Shown one piece after another: positions 54,300 through 62,639 of a stretch of DNA of 64,000 nt. The notes below the pieces were generated by a model. The model was not told the origin of the DNA. It saw nothing but the letters and a program-made list of their open reading frames with translations, and ran no database searches. Source of the DNA: Promethearchaeota archaeon (GTDB lineage Archaea; Asgardarchaeota; Lokiarchaeia; Sigyniarchaeales; SOKP01); contig JAUVNS010000019.1 in NCBI GenBank assembly GCA_030599585.1, forward strand, positions 16,404 through 80,403, written 5' to 3'. How positions within the stretch are numbered: the stretch's first letter is position 1; the number at the start of each line of letters is the position of its first letter. A program made the translations under genes and the position numbers.

Positions 54300-54532
54300 T
54301 TTTGTTCACTTTTTTTATAAATTTTATTTGACTTATTGTTATTAACTTCATTTTCGTGAGAGATTACTTTATTTATCTCTTCTCGATATAATTGATATTT
54401 GCCAGTTATTGCCAATCTCTTCAGTAATGAATTGATTTACCTTTGGGCGATCGGTCTTAACGATTTCAATTCCACACTTGATTTGGTTTCTTTTTTCCAA
54501 TTATTCTGAGGGTGGCGGGGCGAAATTATCAT
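54296..54532 (-). pseudogene. Paralog of the 85-aa basic ORF with an in-frame TAA; its stop overlaps the giant gene start (ATGA)
   Basis: Manual translation: MIISPRHPQNNWKKETKSSVELKSLRPIAQR*INSLLKRLAITGKYQLYREEINKVISHENEVNNNKSNKIYKKSEQK. This aligns with NHWKDNHRFTFESLRPTAKRQIESLFRRMKASGKLSFYLEEIKKVL. The TAA at 54439-54437 sits where the paralog has Gln. Confidence 0.8.
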
Positions 54533-54576
54533 TTTTTAAACCTTTTCTTTTTTCTTCCAAGTTCATGTTATTGTTA

Positions 54577-54601
54577 TTTTTAAACAAAATAAAAAAAAAT
54601 G
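54577..54601 (-). repeat. 25-bp direct repeat, copy 1 (terminator/promoter-like)
   Basis: TTTTTAAACAAAATAAAAAAAAATG is identical to 56049-56073 and lies just past the stop of 54608..55735. Confidence 0.8.
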
Positions 54602-54607
54602 TAAATT

Positions 54608-55735
54608 TTAGGTGGGCTTTCTTCTTTTTGCTTCTACGGTTATGAGGAGCGTTGAGACCAACCCTATAGCTCCGAGAACTATAAACATATTGAAGCTTGG
54701 GATTGCGGGGTCGACCATGCCGGGAATGTAAGCGATATTGTGGGACACAATGTTAGAATAACTATCAGCTAAAGAAATTAAGTCTTCGTAGTCACCCGAT
54801 AATTTGGGAGGTGGAGGGGTACCTAAGTCAGGAATTGTGCCCGAGAGGGTGTTATTCTCGATAGTATTGCCTGATGATGTAGTCTGTAAGACATCAAAAG
54901 TCGTGCCAGTGTAATCCCCTGCAAATACATTGTATACGATCTTGGAATCATTAATTGTTATGAGGTTTACACCAACCTTGATCGGAAAACCGTAATAGGT
55001 GCTATTTAGTAGATTTTGTCTGACTTCTGATCTTTTGCTGTGGATAAGTTGAATTCCTGTTATTGTATTACTAAAGTAATTTTTCGTCACGAGAACATCG
55101 TCGCTAAATTGTACTACTATAGCTCTGCCAGAAAAGGAATATAAAGCCTTGTTATGGTACAATAGATTGTAGAGTACCGTTGTATTGTGGCTAAAATCGT
55201 TTACAAAAATATTATTATTGCTATAGGAGAGAGTATTATTGTAAATAATTCCGTTTACCGTATACGCAAGATAAATACCCGAGTTAAACTCGTCTGGTCC
55301 TGCCCGAGTAAAGAAGCACCCTCTAACTATAAAATATGCCGTAGAACGATAAATCGACAATGCGTTCCCAGAGTGTTGCTTCCCTATAGTCTCTGGTATC
55401 GAACCTTCTCCGTCGATGTACACATTTTCTATTACATATGGATCGCCTATCGTTCCCGAGCCAGAACACCAAGGATTTTCAGCGGCTGTTTTACTCCAAT
55501 TGTAGAGTGGGTCTGCGTCATCGATAAGAATTTTCGAGCCCGTCAAGTTATAATATGCAGATGTCTTTGGAACATCCGAGCTACTCAACTGGTTTGGGTT
55601 AAAACCCAAAAAGCCCGAAAAATCGAACGGTTCCTCTACTGTTGGGCGCTCACTAATAAGATCAGGTAGTAAAACAGCGAAAATACCCAAGAACAAAACC
55701 AAATAGAATAGGTGTCTTTTTTGATTATTTTCCAT
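54608..55735 (-). CDS. Surface protein with right-handed parallel beta-helix (NosD/pectin-lyase-like) and C-terminal TM anchor
   Basis: N-terminal hydrophobic signal, NWSKTAAENPWCSGSGTIGDPYVIENVYIDG, PbH1-type repeats (SGIYLAYTVNGIIYNNT; GIQLIHSKRSEVRQN), and C-terminal PAIPSFN-TM-KRRK. ATG 55735 (the track uses TTG 55741). Confidence 0.85.
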   Translation of the reverse strand: MENNQKRHLFYLVLFLGIFAVLLPDLISERPTVEEPFDFSGFLGFNPNQLSSSDVPKTSAYYNLTGSKILIDDADPLYNWSKTAAENPWCSGSGTIGDPYVIENVYIDGEGSIPETIGKQHSGNALSIYRSTAYFIVRGCFFTRAGPDEFNSGIYLAYTVNGIIYNNTLSYSNNNIFVNDFSHNTTVLYNLLYHNKALYSFSGRAIVVQFSDDVLVTKNYFSNTITGIQLIHSKRSEVRQNLLNSTYYGFPIKVGVNLITINDSKIVYNVFAGDYTGTTFDVLQTTSSGNTIENNTLSGTIPDLGTPPPPKLSGDYEDLISLADSYSNIVSHNIAYIPGMVDPAIPSFNMFIVLGAIGLVSTLLITVEAKRRKPT

Positions 55736-55741
55736 TATCAA

Positions 55742-55999
55742 TCATTTAATTTTTTTTTGTTTAATTTTTTTTAAATTTTTTACTAAGCAAGGTCTTCTTG
55801 TGGTTTTTGTAATAAATCGACGATCTTGCTTGTCCAATAGGACTTTCTTAATTTCTTCTAGATAAAACGAAAGTTTCCCTGAAGCTTTCATTCTTCTAAA
55901 TAAAGATTCGATCTGTCTCTTCGCGGTAGGCCTAAGGGACTCGAAAGTAAATCTGTGGTTATCTTTCCAGTGATTCTTGGCTTGAAGGGAGATCGACAT
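55742..55999 (-). CDS. Small basic hypothetical protein (85 aa), abutting the downstream surface gene
   Basis: The ORF fills the gap between two surface genes. Coding status is supported by a conserved paralog at 54296-54532. Confidence 0.7.
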   Translation of the reverse strand: MSISLQAKNHWKDNHRFTFESLRPTAKRQIESLFRRMKASGKLSFYLEEIKKVLLDKQDRRFITKTTRRPCLVKNLKKIKQKKIK

Positions 56000-56048
56000 G
56001 GTTAATTCTTTTCTTTTTCTTCTTTTTTTTTAATTCTACTTTTTGGTT

Positions 56049-56073
56049 TTTTTAAACAAAATAAAAAAAAATG
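56049..56073 (-). repeat. 25-bp direct repeat, copy 2 (terminator/promoter-like)
   Basis: Identical to 54577-54601; lies just past the stop of 56078..57877. Confidence 0.8.
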
Positions 56074-56077
56074 GGAT

Positions 56078-57877
56078 TTAGGATATTTTTTTGTTCTTTT
56101 TGGTTTTCGCTACTATTACCAAAAAGACGACGCTACTGACGGCAACGACGAGCACCGCGTTAAACCCAGGGATCACAGTTGGGGTAGGTGTGGTCGGAGG
56201 TTCTTGTTCCTCTTCTTGGGGGTCGAAATACACCGTGGTTGTGGGGTCGTGAAGTAATTTTTCTCCTGACCAAAGGGGGTAATTCTGCGTTTCTAAGTGA
56301 TACAAGCTATCTACCTTCGAAAAGTTTAAATCTGCAGCGACCATATCCTCGAGCGTGTAGATTAGGTTAAAGATCGGCGTTTCTGAATACGAGCTTAACG
56401 CCAACATGTCTAAGATTCCCTTGTGGATGCTTCCACCGTACGATTCCAACTCCGTATCTACTCCCGTTGTTGGGTAATCGAACAAAGTGTAATTAGTTTT
56501 TTTCGGATTAACTAAATTAATCTGAGCGACGGTCGATTCGTTTGATTCGAAAGTGAACAAGCTCGAAGGGACCGTAAGCTGTTTAAAATCTATTTCAGTA
56601 ATGTCGAACGAGGAAATAAACAAGTTATAGTGCGGAACTGAAAGACCCATGCCTTGAACCGACTCGTATAAGTCAGAGTCAGATATTTTGGACATTCCGA
56701 AGGTGAGATCAAGGTTAGCCTCGCTGTTTGAAATGTTGTAATCGTATTTATACGATAAATCGGTAGGAGACATCGAAGCGTAGGAGTTTCCAGAAAGAAA
56801 AGTCTCAACTCCAGGACCGTGAACGAAAGCAGCGATAGGATGTTGAGGGTATAATACTTCCCAAGAAATAATTTCTTTTTCGTCTATGGTTGGAGGCGTA
56901 AACACTATGCTTGACGCTATTTCTTCTATTGAGGTATCGTTAGGGCGTAATTTGGTAATTGAAGCGTTCCAACTGGATAAAGGTTCGTCGGGATAAATTC
57001 GTTCAATGTAATAATCGAGTTCTTCTGCTATTGGTACTAAAGTGCCGTAATGCTCGTCCGCCCAATTCATGCTTGGAAAGTCAGCCAATCCAGTTTTCTC
57101 TCCTGCGTTGTAAATACCATTTAAATCCATATCCTTGTAAACGATAAAATCAGAGAACAATTCTGCCCAGGCAAATTTATCTTTATTTTCAGTAGTAAAT
57201 AATTGTGTAACGAGGATCATTGGTTTGCAAAATTTTGAGCTGGAACTCTTATATTCCGTGTATTCAAGGATATTGGCAGGTTGAGAAATGTTTTTAACGC
57301 CAGAATTGTTCGTATACTCGAGCCAAGTGTCTAACACGTCCCAAGTAGCAGTATCAAACTTTGTATAATTGGTTACGATGTCTTGCGTGTAATTTTCGAG
57401 TAAGGTAAAATCGTGCGTAAAATGGTCGAGATAATATTCCATATCAATAGTTCCGTTTTTTAGGGCGAACCAATACATATCGAGCACTTTTTTATATTGC
57501 GCGTTTACTTGGTAAACGTCTACATTTAAATCGACGGTAATATTGCCTGTGGAGGTAAAGTTTGAGAAGTAGCTAAAGTTCGCTTTGTAAATAGTCGTGC
57601 TAATTCCTCTCGTCCAAGTGTTATCTGTTTCGTTGTAAAAGTTACTATTAGTGCTAAACACGTCTTCGTAGGAGTCGGAATAGTTAAAAACGTTTGAACT
57701 GCCATCCCAAATTCTTTCGAACGAAGTGGAAAAGGTAGTATCTTGCCACGAAAACGATGGGGCGCTAGTCTTAAGCGGTAGAAACCCTCGGCTTAAGAGA
57801 GAGAAAGGCATAAACCACGCAAGAGACAGGAAGATAAGCAGTAGCGTTATTTTAATTTTTTTATCGATTTTAATCAC
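56078..57877 (-). CDS. Secreted cell-surface glycoprotein with PGF/Loki-CTERM-like anchor
   Basis: N-terminal signal (ITLLLIFLSLAWFMPF), many N-x-S/T sequons, a DMDLNGIY motif, a Pro/Thr linker, and IPGFN-TM-KTKKNKK. Confidence 0.8.
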   Translation of the reverse strand: MIKIDKKIKITLLLIFLSLAWFMPFSLLSRGFLPLKTSAPSFSWQDTTFSTSFERIWDGSSNVFNYSDSYEDVFSTNSNFYNETDNTWTRGISTTIYKANFSYFSNFTSTGNITVDLNVDVYQVNAQYKKVLDMYWFALKNGTIDMEYYLDHFTHDFTLLENYTQDIVTNYTKFDTATWDVLDTWLEYTNNSGVKNISQPANILEYTEYKSSSSKFCKPMILVTQLFTTENKDKFAWAELFSDFIVYKDMDLNGIYNAGEKTGLADFPSMNWADEHYGTLVPIAEELDYYIERIYPDEPLSSWNASITKLRPNDTSIEEIASSIVFTPPTIDEKEIISWEVLYPQHPIAAFVHGPGVETFLSGNSYASMSPTDLSYKYDYNISNSEANLDLTFGMSKISDSDLYESVQGMGLSVPHYNLFISSFDITEIDFKQLTVPSSLFTFESNESTVAQINLVNPKKTNYTLFDYPTTGVDTELESYGGSIHKGILDMLALSSYSETPIFNLIYTLEDMVAADLNFSKVDSLYHLETQNYPLWSGEKLLHDPTTTVYFDPQEEEQEPPTTPTPTVIPGFNAVLVVAVSSVVFLVIVAKTKKNKKIS

Positions 57878-58279
57878 CGTATATATTTATTCTTTTTTTT
57901 TTGTTTAAATTGTGTTTTTTTATTACCAATTTTTTGTTAAACAAAGTCTTATGACCTATATTATTTAAAGAACAAAGACTTTGAATGCAAATTTTTGTCT
58001 GAAATTATGGTACTAAATCTTTTGATAATTAACTTGAAAACATTATTTATAAATTTGATGATCAAACCAATCAAATATTATTGTTAACTATCCAAACTTG
58101 GTTTTACAAGTTTCTATTATTATTTAAATCAATTCAAATCAAAATAAAGCACCAAAACAAAAAAAGATCAAGAAATGATTTAAAGGGATTCTCAACCCGC
58201 TTAATTTTTATCCCTAATTTGCGAGTTAGAAGTGCTAGTGCTTATTTGAATGAAAAAATTTTTGTATTAAGTAAAGCAA

Positions 58280-58640
58280 AAGGACCAGTTTGCTATTTGA
58301 ATGTTTTGTTTGGAGTCTAAAACCGCAATAATGTTGGAGGTATGGAAGTCTACAACAAAATTTGCGCCGATCAGTACAACTATGTTTCATATTTTCTGCA
58401 GAATACTATAAAAAGGATTCAAATGGGAATCATAGACGGAGCGTTTTTTGTGAAAACTCAAAATTTTGCAATCCTAATAGGAACTGCATTGCAAGCTAAG
58501 TTAAGGAAAAGTTGTTTGCAACCATAAAGCGAAGATTCTAAGGAGTTTGTAATAGAAATCTCGTAATTTTTCTTATTAATTTCTCATTGGGCAAAAATTT
58601 CAGAGTCTTCCTAAGTCTCCGGCTTTATATGAGTTTTACT
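58280..58640 (+). mobile_element. Possible heavily degraded DDE-transposase remnant
   Basis: Short broken frames contain GIIDGAFF (first-Asp-like strand) and later GKNF...LYM. No terminal inverted repeats found. Confidence 0.2.
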
Positions 58641-58790
58641 AAAATATAACCTTTTTTAACGGTTCAAGATTTTGCTTGAAAGAGTATTATATTTTTAATA
58701 TGAACTGATATTATTAACTCGATTTGCCCTCTTATTTAAATAGAAGAAAAAATATGTGTATTTAAAAATCTTTAGACAATAATTTAAGAA

Positions 58791-59210
58791 ATGAGCAAGC
58801 AAATTATAAGAAGACAACACGTTGTACCTCAATTTTATTTGAAATCTTTTGCCGTTCAGACTAAATCTGGTCACTTCAAAATATTTTGTTATTTCAAACA
58901 ACAAAGAAATAAAATAAAAAGACTTGAAGTGAAAGATGTTGCTGTTAAGAAATTTTTCTATGATGATAATAAACTCCCTCAACCAATTGAGAGTTATTTA
59001 TCTTTTTCAGAAACTGATTTATCTAGAACTTACCATAAAATTGTAAAAGAAAAATCTATAAATAACCTAAATGAGAAGGAAAGAAAACATCTAGTTTACC
59101 TTACATACATACAATATGTACGAACAGAATATACAAGAACTAAAACAGAACAGATATTGAAGGATGCTATAGAAAAAGAGAAATCTAATTACTTGAATAA
59201 TCATAATTAA
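58791..59210 (+). pseudogene. DUF4238-family protein, N-terminal fragment
   Basis: RQHVVPQFYLKSF and KFFY...IESYLS..E..QYVRT signatures. Ends after 139 aa without the C-terminal half. Confidence 0.7.
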
Positions 59211-59954
59211 AGGTAATATTTTTTTCCGAATCCTTAAAATTTAATAGTTTCGAGCCTCGAAAGTATTGTTAGTAGTAAATCTTTAAATGAGAATATATTA
59301 TAAGTGATTTGATACATAAAATAGGAAGAACGCTGGAACTACCATTTCAAGGAATTTTATGAAAACTAAATACTGCAAAATTATAGTATGGATTTCCTTT
59401 TATTTAATTTAAAGAATATAACTATGTAACTATTACATTTTTTATAGAAAAATCTGAAAAAATTTCATTATAAATTCTTTTAAATATCATATTTAAAGAG
59501 ATAAGGTGGATTCCATCATTATTAATGCTTTACCACATTTCAAAAATAAACTAGGATAATCTTTAAATAAAAAAAAGTAATATAATGAACTAAGGAGATG
59601 CTTTTGGATTGGTGGTTGCCTGTTTATATCCAGTAATCCATAGTATCTCTTTTTTCCACTACATTTTTCAGAGTTAGTTTTTTGGTTTCCGACTCAAATA
59701 CAAATATATATTTTTGTCGGTTATTTTCTTTTATTATAATTTCTATTTTTTCCATTTTGGTTTTTACCTTGATTGAAATTATAAGATTATATTTGCATCA
59801 TTTATATTAAATTTCTATATTAGTCTTTTAATAACATTAATCCATTAATCGTTTATGCATACTAAATTTACTATCCAACCATAGTTGCATCACAATTTCG
59901 CTATTTAATTAATATTATTATAATAAAGTTTTAGACACCCTACTATTATTCTAC

Positions 59955-60768
59955 GAAACTTTAGAAAAACAAACACCTCCCATATTTGATAAGTTGCTTT
60001 CTAAAAAATCAAAAAGCTCACTAACAACTGCTGAAAAGGAGATATTTACGAAATATTTAATCTTAACATGGAATAGACCAACTGAAGCTAGAGAACATAT
60101 GAAAGAGTCATTTGAAAAAGGGATTATAGAAGCTATAAAAATGAATCCAGATCTAAAACTTCCCGAGAATGTAAAACCTGTTATGAATGAAGATTATTTA
60201 AGATTTCAGCATGAATCCCAGATCTTTAGATTTCTGGATGAAAATAGTGATGTTTATCTTGTAGATCGAATACTTAACTTTAAATGGATGTTAATAGAAG
60301 CAAAAAACCAGAACTTTATTCTGGTTTATGAAAAACAAAAATCAAAAGGTAATGAATTTATTGCAGATATCCGTGAAAAAGCCTTGACAAAATTAAAAAA
60401 TGGATAAGAAAGTGGGTGAGGGTATGTTGCTAACTTCTGATCATCCCGAAAGAAGACCTGGAGTAAAGGGAGTTGAAATCTACTTTCCTATTAACCCCCG
60501 ATTTTGTATAGTGATGGTAGATTGGCAGAAAGGTTCTAAAAAATTGAAAATCAATCAAATTAACGAACAAATTATCCTCGAAGCAAATAAGTTTATCTAC
60601 TCTCATCAAAACGATTTTAGTAAAGTTAGAGAAATATTAAAAAATCATCCAGAAATGAAAATTAAAGCAGGAAAAAGATCAATTGTTAAAGGGATTTTTA
60701 AAGAGAAGAAAAGAGAAGGGGAATTTAAATTCAAAGCAATAAACATTAAAGATCTATTAAAAGAATAA
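59955..60768 (+). pseudogene. Second DUF4238-family gene, N-truncated and frameshifted (ORFs 59994..60407 and 60400..60768)
   Basis: TLEKQTPPIFDKL...LTWNRP...KWMLIE, then EIYFPINPRFCIVM...INEQIILEANKFIYS in the next frame. The frames join at the A6 run 60395-60400. Confidence 0.65.
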
Positions 60769-61109
60769 TAGTAAAGAAATAATTAACTCTAACATACACA
60801 CAATAGTAATATATCTTTTTCCCCATTCTCCATAATAATTGGTGTTCCGCCGTGGTGCCCCCTCCTAAAAAAGTAGGTGTTTCAAATTAGAACATTTTAA
60901 AGCTCTTTAATAACTTTTTCAGCAAATCCTCTTGAAATCTTCCAAAAAATAAAATTAAAAAAAAACAGAAAAATATTCCTTAGAAGTGCAATAGTATAAG
61001 AATCCCTAAGTGCTTTAAAGTTTTTTATAAAGAGGGTTATTGGACGGCAGCATTTTTATTTCAAGTATTTACAAAAACACACTCTAAATTATAAATATAA
61101 TTATAACTA

Positions 61110-61454
61110 AAAACAATCTAGTTTACTTTTTAAAATCTATAACTTTCTATTGAATTTTGATAAAGTTTCTTTTACTTCTTCTAAATTTAATTATTAGCAT
61201 TTTTTAATATCGGCAAGGGCTTTGTGGTGGTGCTTTTATTCTGGATCTATTAATTTGAGTACTTCAAATTTATATAATTCCCAGTTGACCACTAAATCTT
61301 CAACACATTCTTCATTTAGACGCTTCAAAATATTGATAACATCTATAGGAATGCCAGCGTTATCTTGGTCGATAAATACACCAAATTTCATGTTCTTTAT
61401 ATAATCGAACATTTTTGGGCTCTTGCCGACGATTATTAAAAAAGTAAAAACCAT
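61110..61454 (-). pseudogene. Degenerate ORF remnant of unknown family
   Basis: The 72-aa ORF continues in frame past several stops with protein-like sequence (LEEVKETLSKFNRKL). Confidence 0.25.
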
Positions 61455-61837
61455 ATATATTTTTTCACAGCTTTCGAAAATGAAGTATCATTAAAGTGAA
61501 TAAGTAATCCGAAATGCGTTATATATAAGAAAAGAGCCTAAAAAATAATAATGATTGATTAATCTTAAGAAGAACACATCTTAATTAATTAATTTGGTTT
61601 TTAATACTAAGATCATCGCAATCGGGTTATATTTAACCGAGATCTTCTGAATGTCACGCTTGACCTGAAAAATCTTTTATAAAGGTAAAACTACAAATAG
61701 GCTTGATTTAATCCAAAAAATTGTTGAAAGAAATCCATGCAAGTTCAATTTAAATAATATATTACTTTAAATTTGAATAAAAAATAATTTAACAAAAACA
61801 CTAAAATTAAAAATAATAATTAAAAGGTTAACCCCGT

Positions 61838-62512
61838 ATGAATAAAAATAAAATTATGCTCTTGAATGACAAAACAAGCTTAATTCAAAATGAATTTTAT
61901 ATCTTTATCGATCAATATAGGCCTATGACAGTTTTAAATTTAAAAAATACTAAATGTTTTATATCAGCCGCTTATTCAAATTGCTCATTAGATAAGAATT
62001 TTTTAACAAAATATTTAGAAGATAATATAGATTATTTCCCTTTTGTTCCTCATGAAAAAGGCTTACCGATAATTTCACCTTATTGTTTATCAGCTATCAA
62101 TTATTACTGGGTGGAATATGATGCAGAACTATGTCGTAAACATTATTATCCCAACTATCCTTCAAGATTATCTGCAATTTTTGCCTTTGGTGATTATGAG
62201 ACATGTATAGAAGTTAACAGAAAACATAGATGGGATTTAAGTACTGTTAAAAAATTCAGATTAAATATTGATAATTTGACGAGAGTAATAAAAGTAAATA
62301 TGGAAATCGTTTCGTTGATGAGAACCGCCTATAAGCGAGGATTCTTTGATGACAAAACTAAAGATGACATTTGGAAAAATTATTGGAATGGAACTGGTGA
62401 TATTGATTTGGAATTACCTGATGTCGAGTCTGAACGAAAAATCTATCCTTCGGGTGAAATTTTTGAATATTTAATTGAAGGTAAAGTAGTACTCATAGAA
62501 TCAGATCAATAA
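61838..62512 (+). CDS. DUF2441-like protein (ADP-ribosyltransferase fold, tentative)
   Basis: ELCRKHYYPNYPSRLSAIFAF and YWNG...EYLIEGKV match the family pattern as I recall it. Confidence 0.6.
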   Translation: MNKNKIMLLNDKTSLIQNEFYIFIDQYRPMTVLNLKNTKCFISAAYSNCSLDKNFLTKYLEDNIDYFPFVPHEKGLPIISPYCLSAINYYWVEYDAELCRKHYYPNYPSRLSAIFAFGDYETCIEVNRKHRWDLSTVKKFRLNIDNLTRVIKVNMEIVSLMRTAYKRGFFDDKTKDDIWKNYWNGTGDIDLELPDVESERKIYPSGEIFEYLIEGKVVLIESDQ

Positions 62513-62639
62513 ACCATAAAAATTAAATAATTATATAACTATTTTTTCTACTTGGTCTAAAATCATCACCAAACATTAGACTTCAAGCGTCTTTAAAAAG
62601 AAAAGAAAAAGAAAAAAAAATTTAATTATTTAATTATAG

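Noticed and set aside
11047-54267. Dozens of 60-167 aa ORFs antisense or out of frame inside the giant gene
   Set aside because: These are the shadow ORFs expected in a long coding region. They have no recognisable motifs or start signals.
10647-54299. Intein/Hint, Rhs/YD core, RTX nonapeptide or DGR variable/template repeat in the giant gene
   Set aside because: No C-...-HN splice motifs, YD repeats with DPxG, GGxGxD arrays, near-identical nucleotide repeats or reverse transcriptase were seen.
54501-54566. 21-codon minus-strand ORF MNLEEKRKGLKNDNFAPPPSE
   Set aside because: Too short, and the overlapping frame with homology to the 85-aa ORF explains the region better.
55187-58982. ORFs 55187..55669, 56188..56370, 56590..56808, 56959..57147, 57726..57908, 58081..58320 and 58695..58982
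   Set aside because: Antisense or alternate-frame to better genes, or AT-rich noise.
59300-59900. Possible membrane-protein gene remnant between the DUF4238 fragments
   Set aside because: There are T-rich, hydrophobic-looking fragments but no sustained frame or motif, so it cannot be supported.
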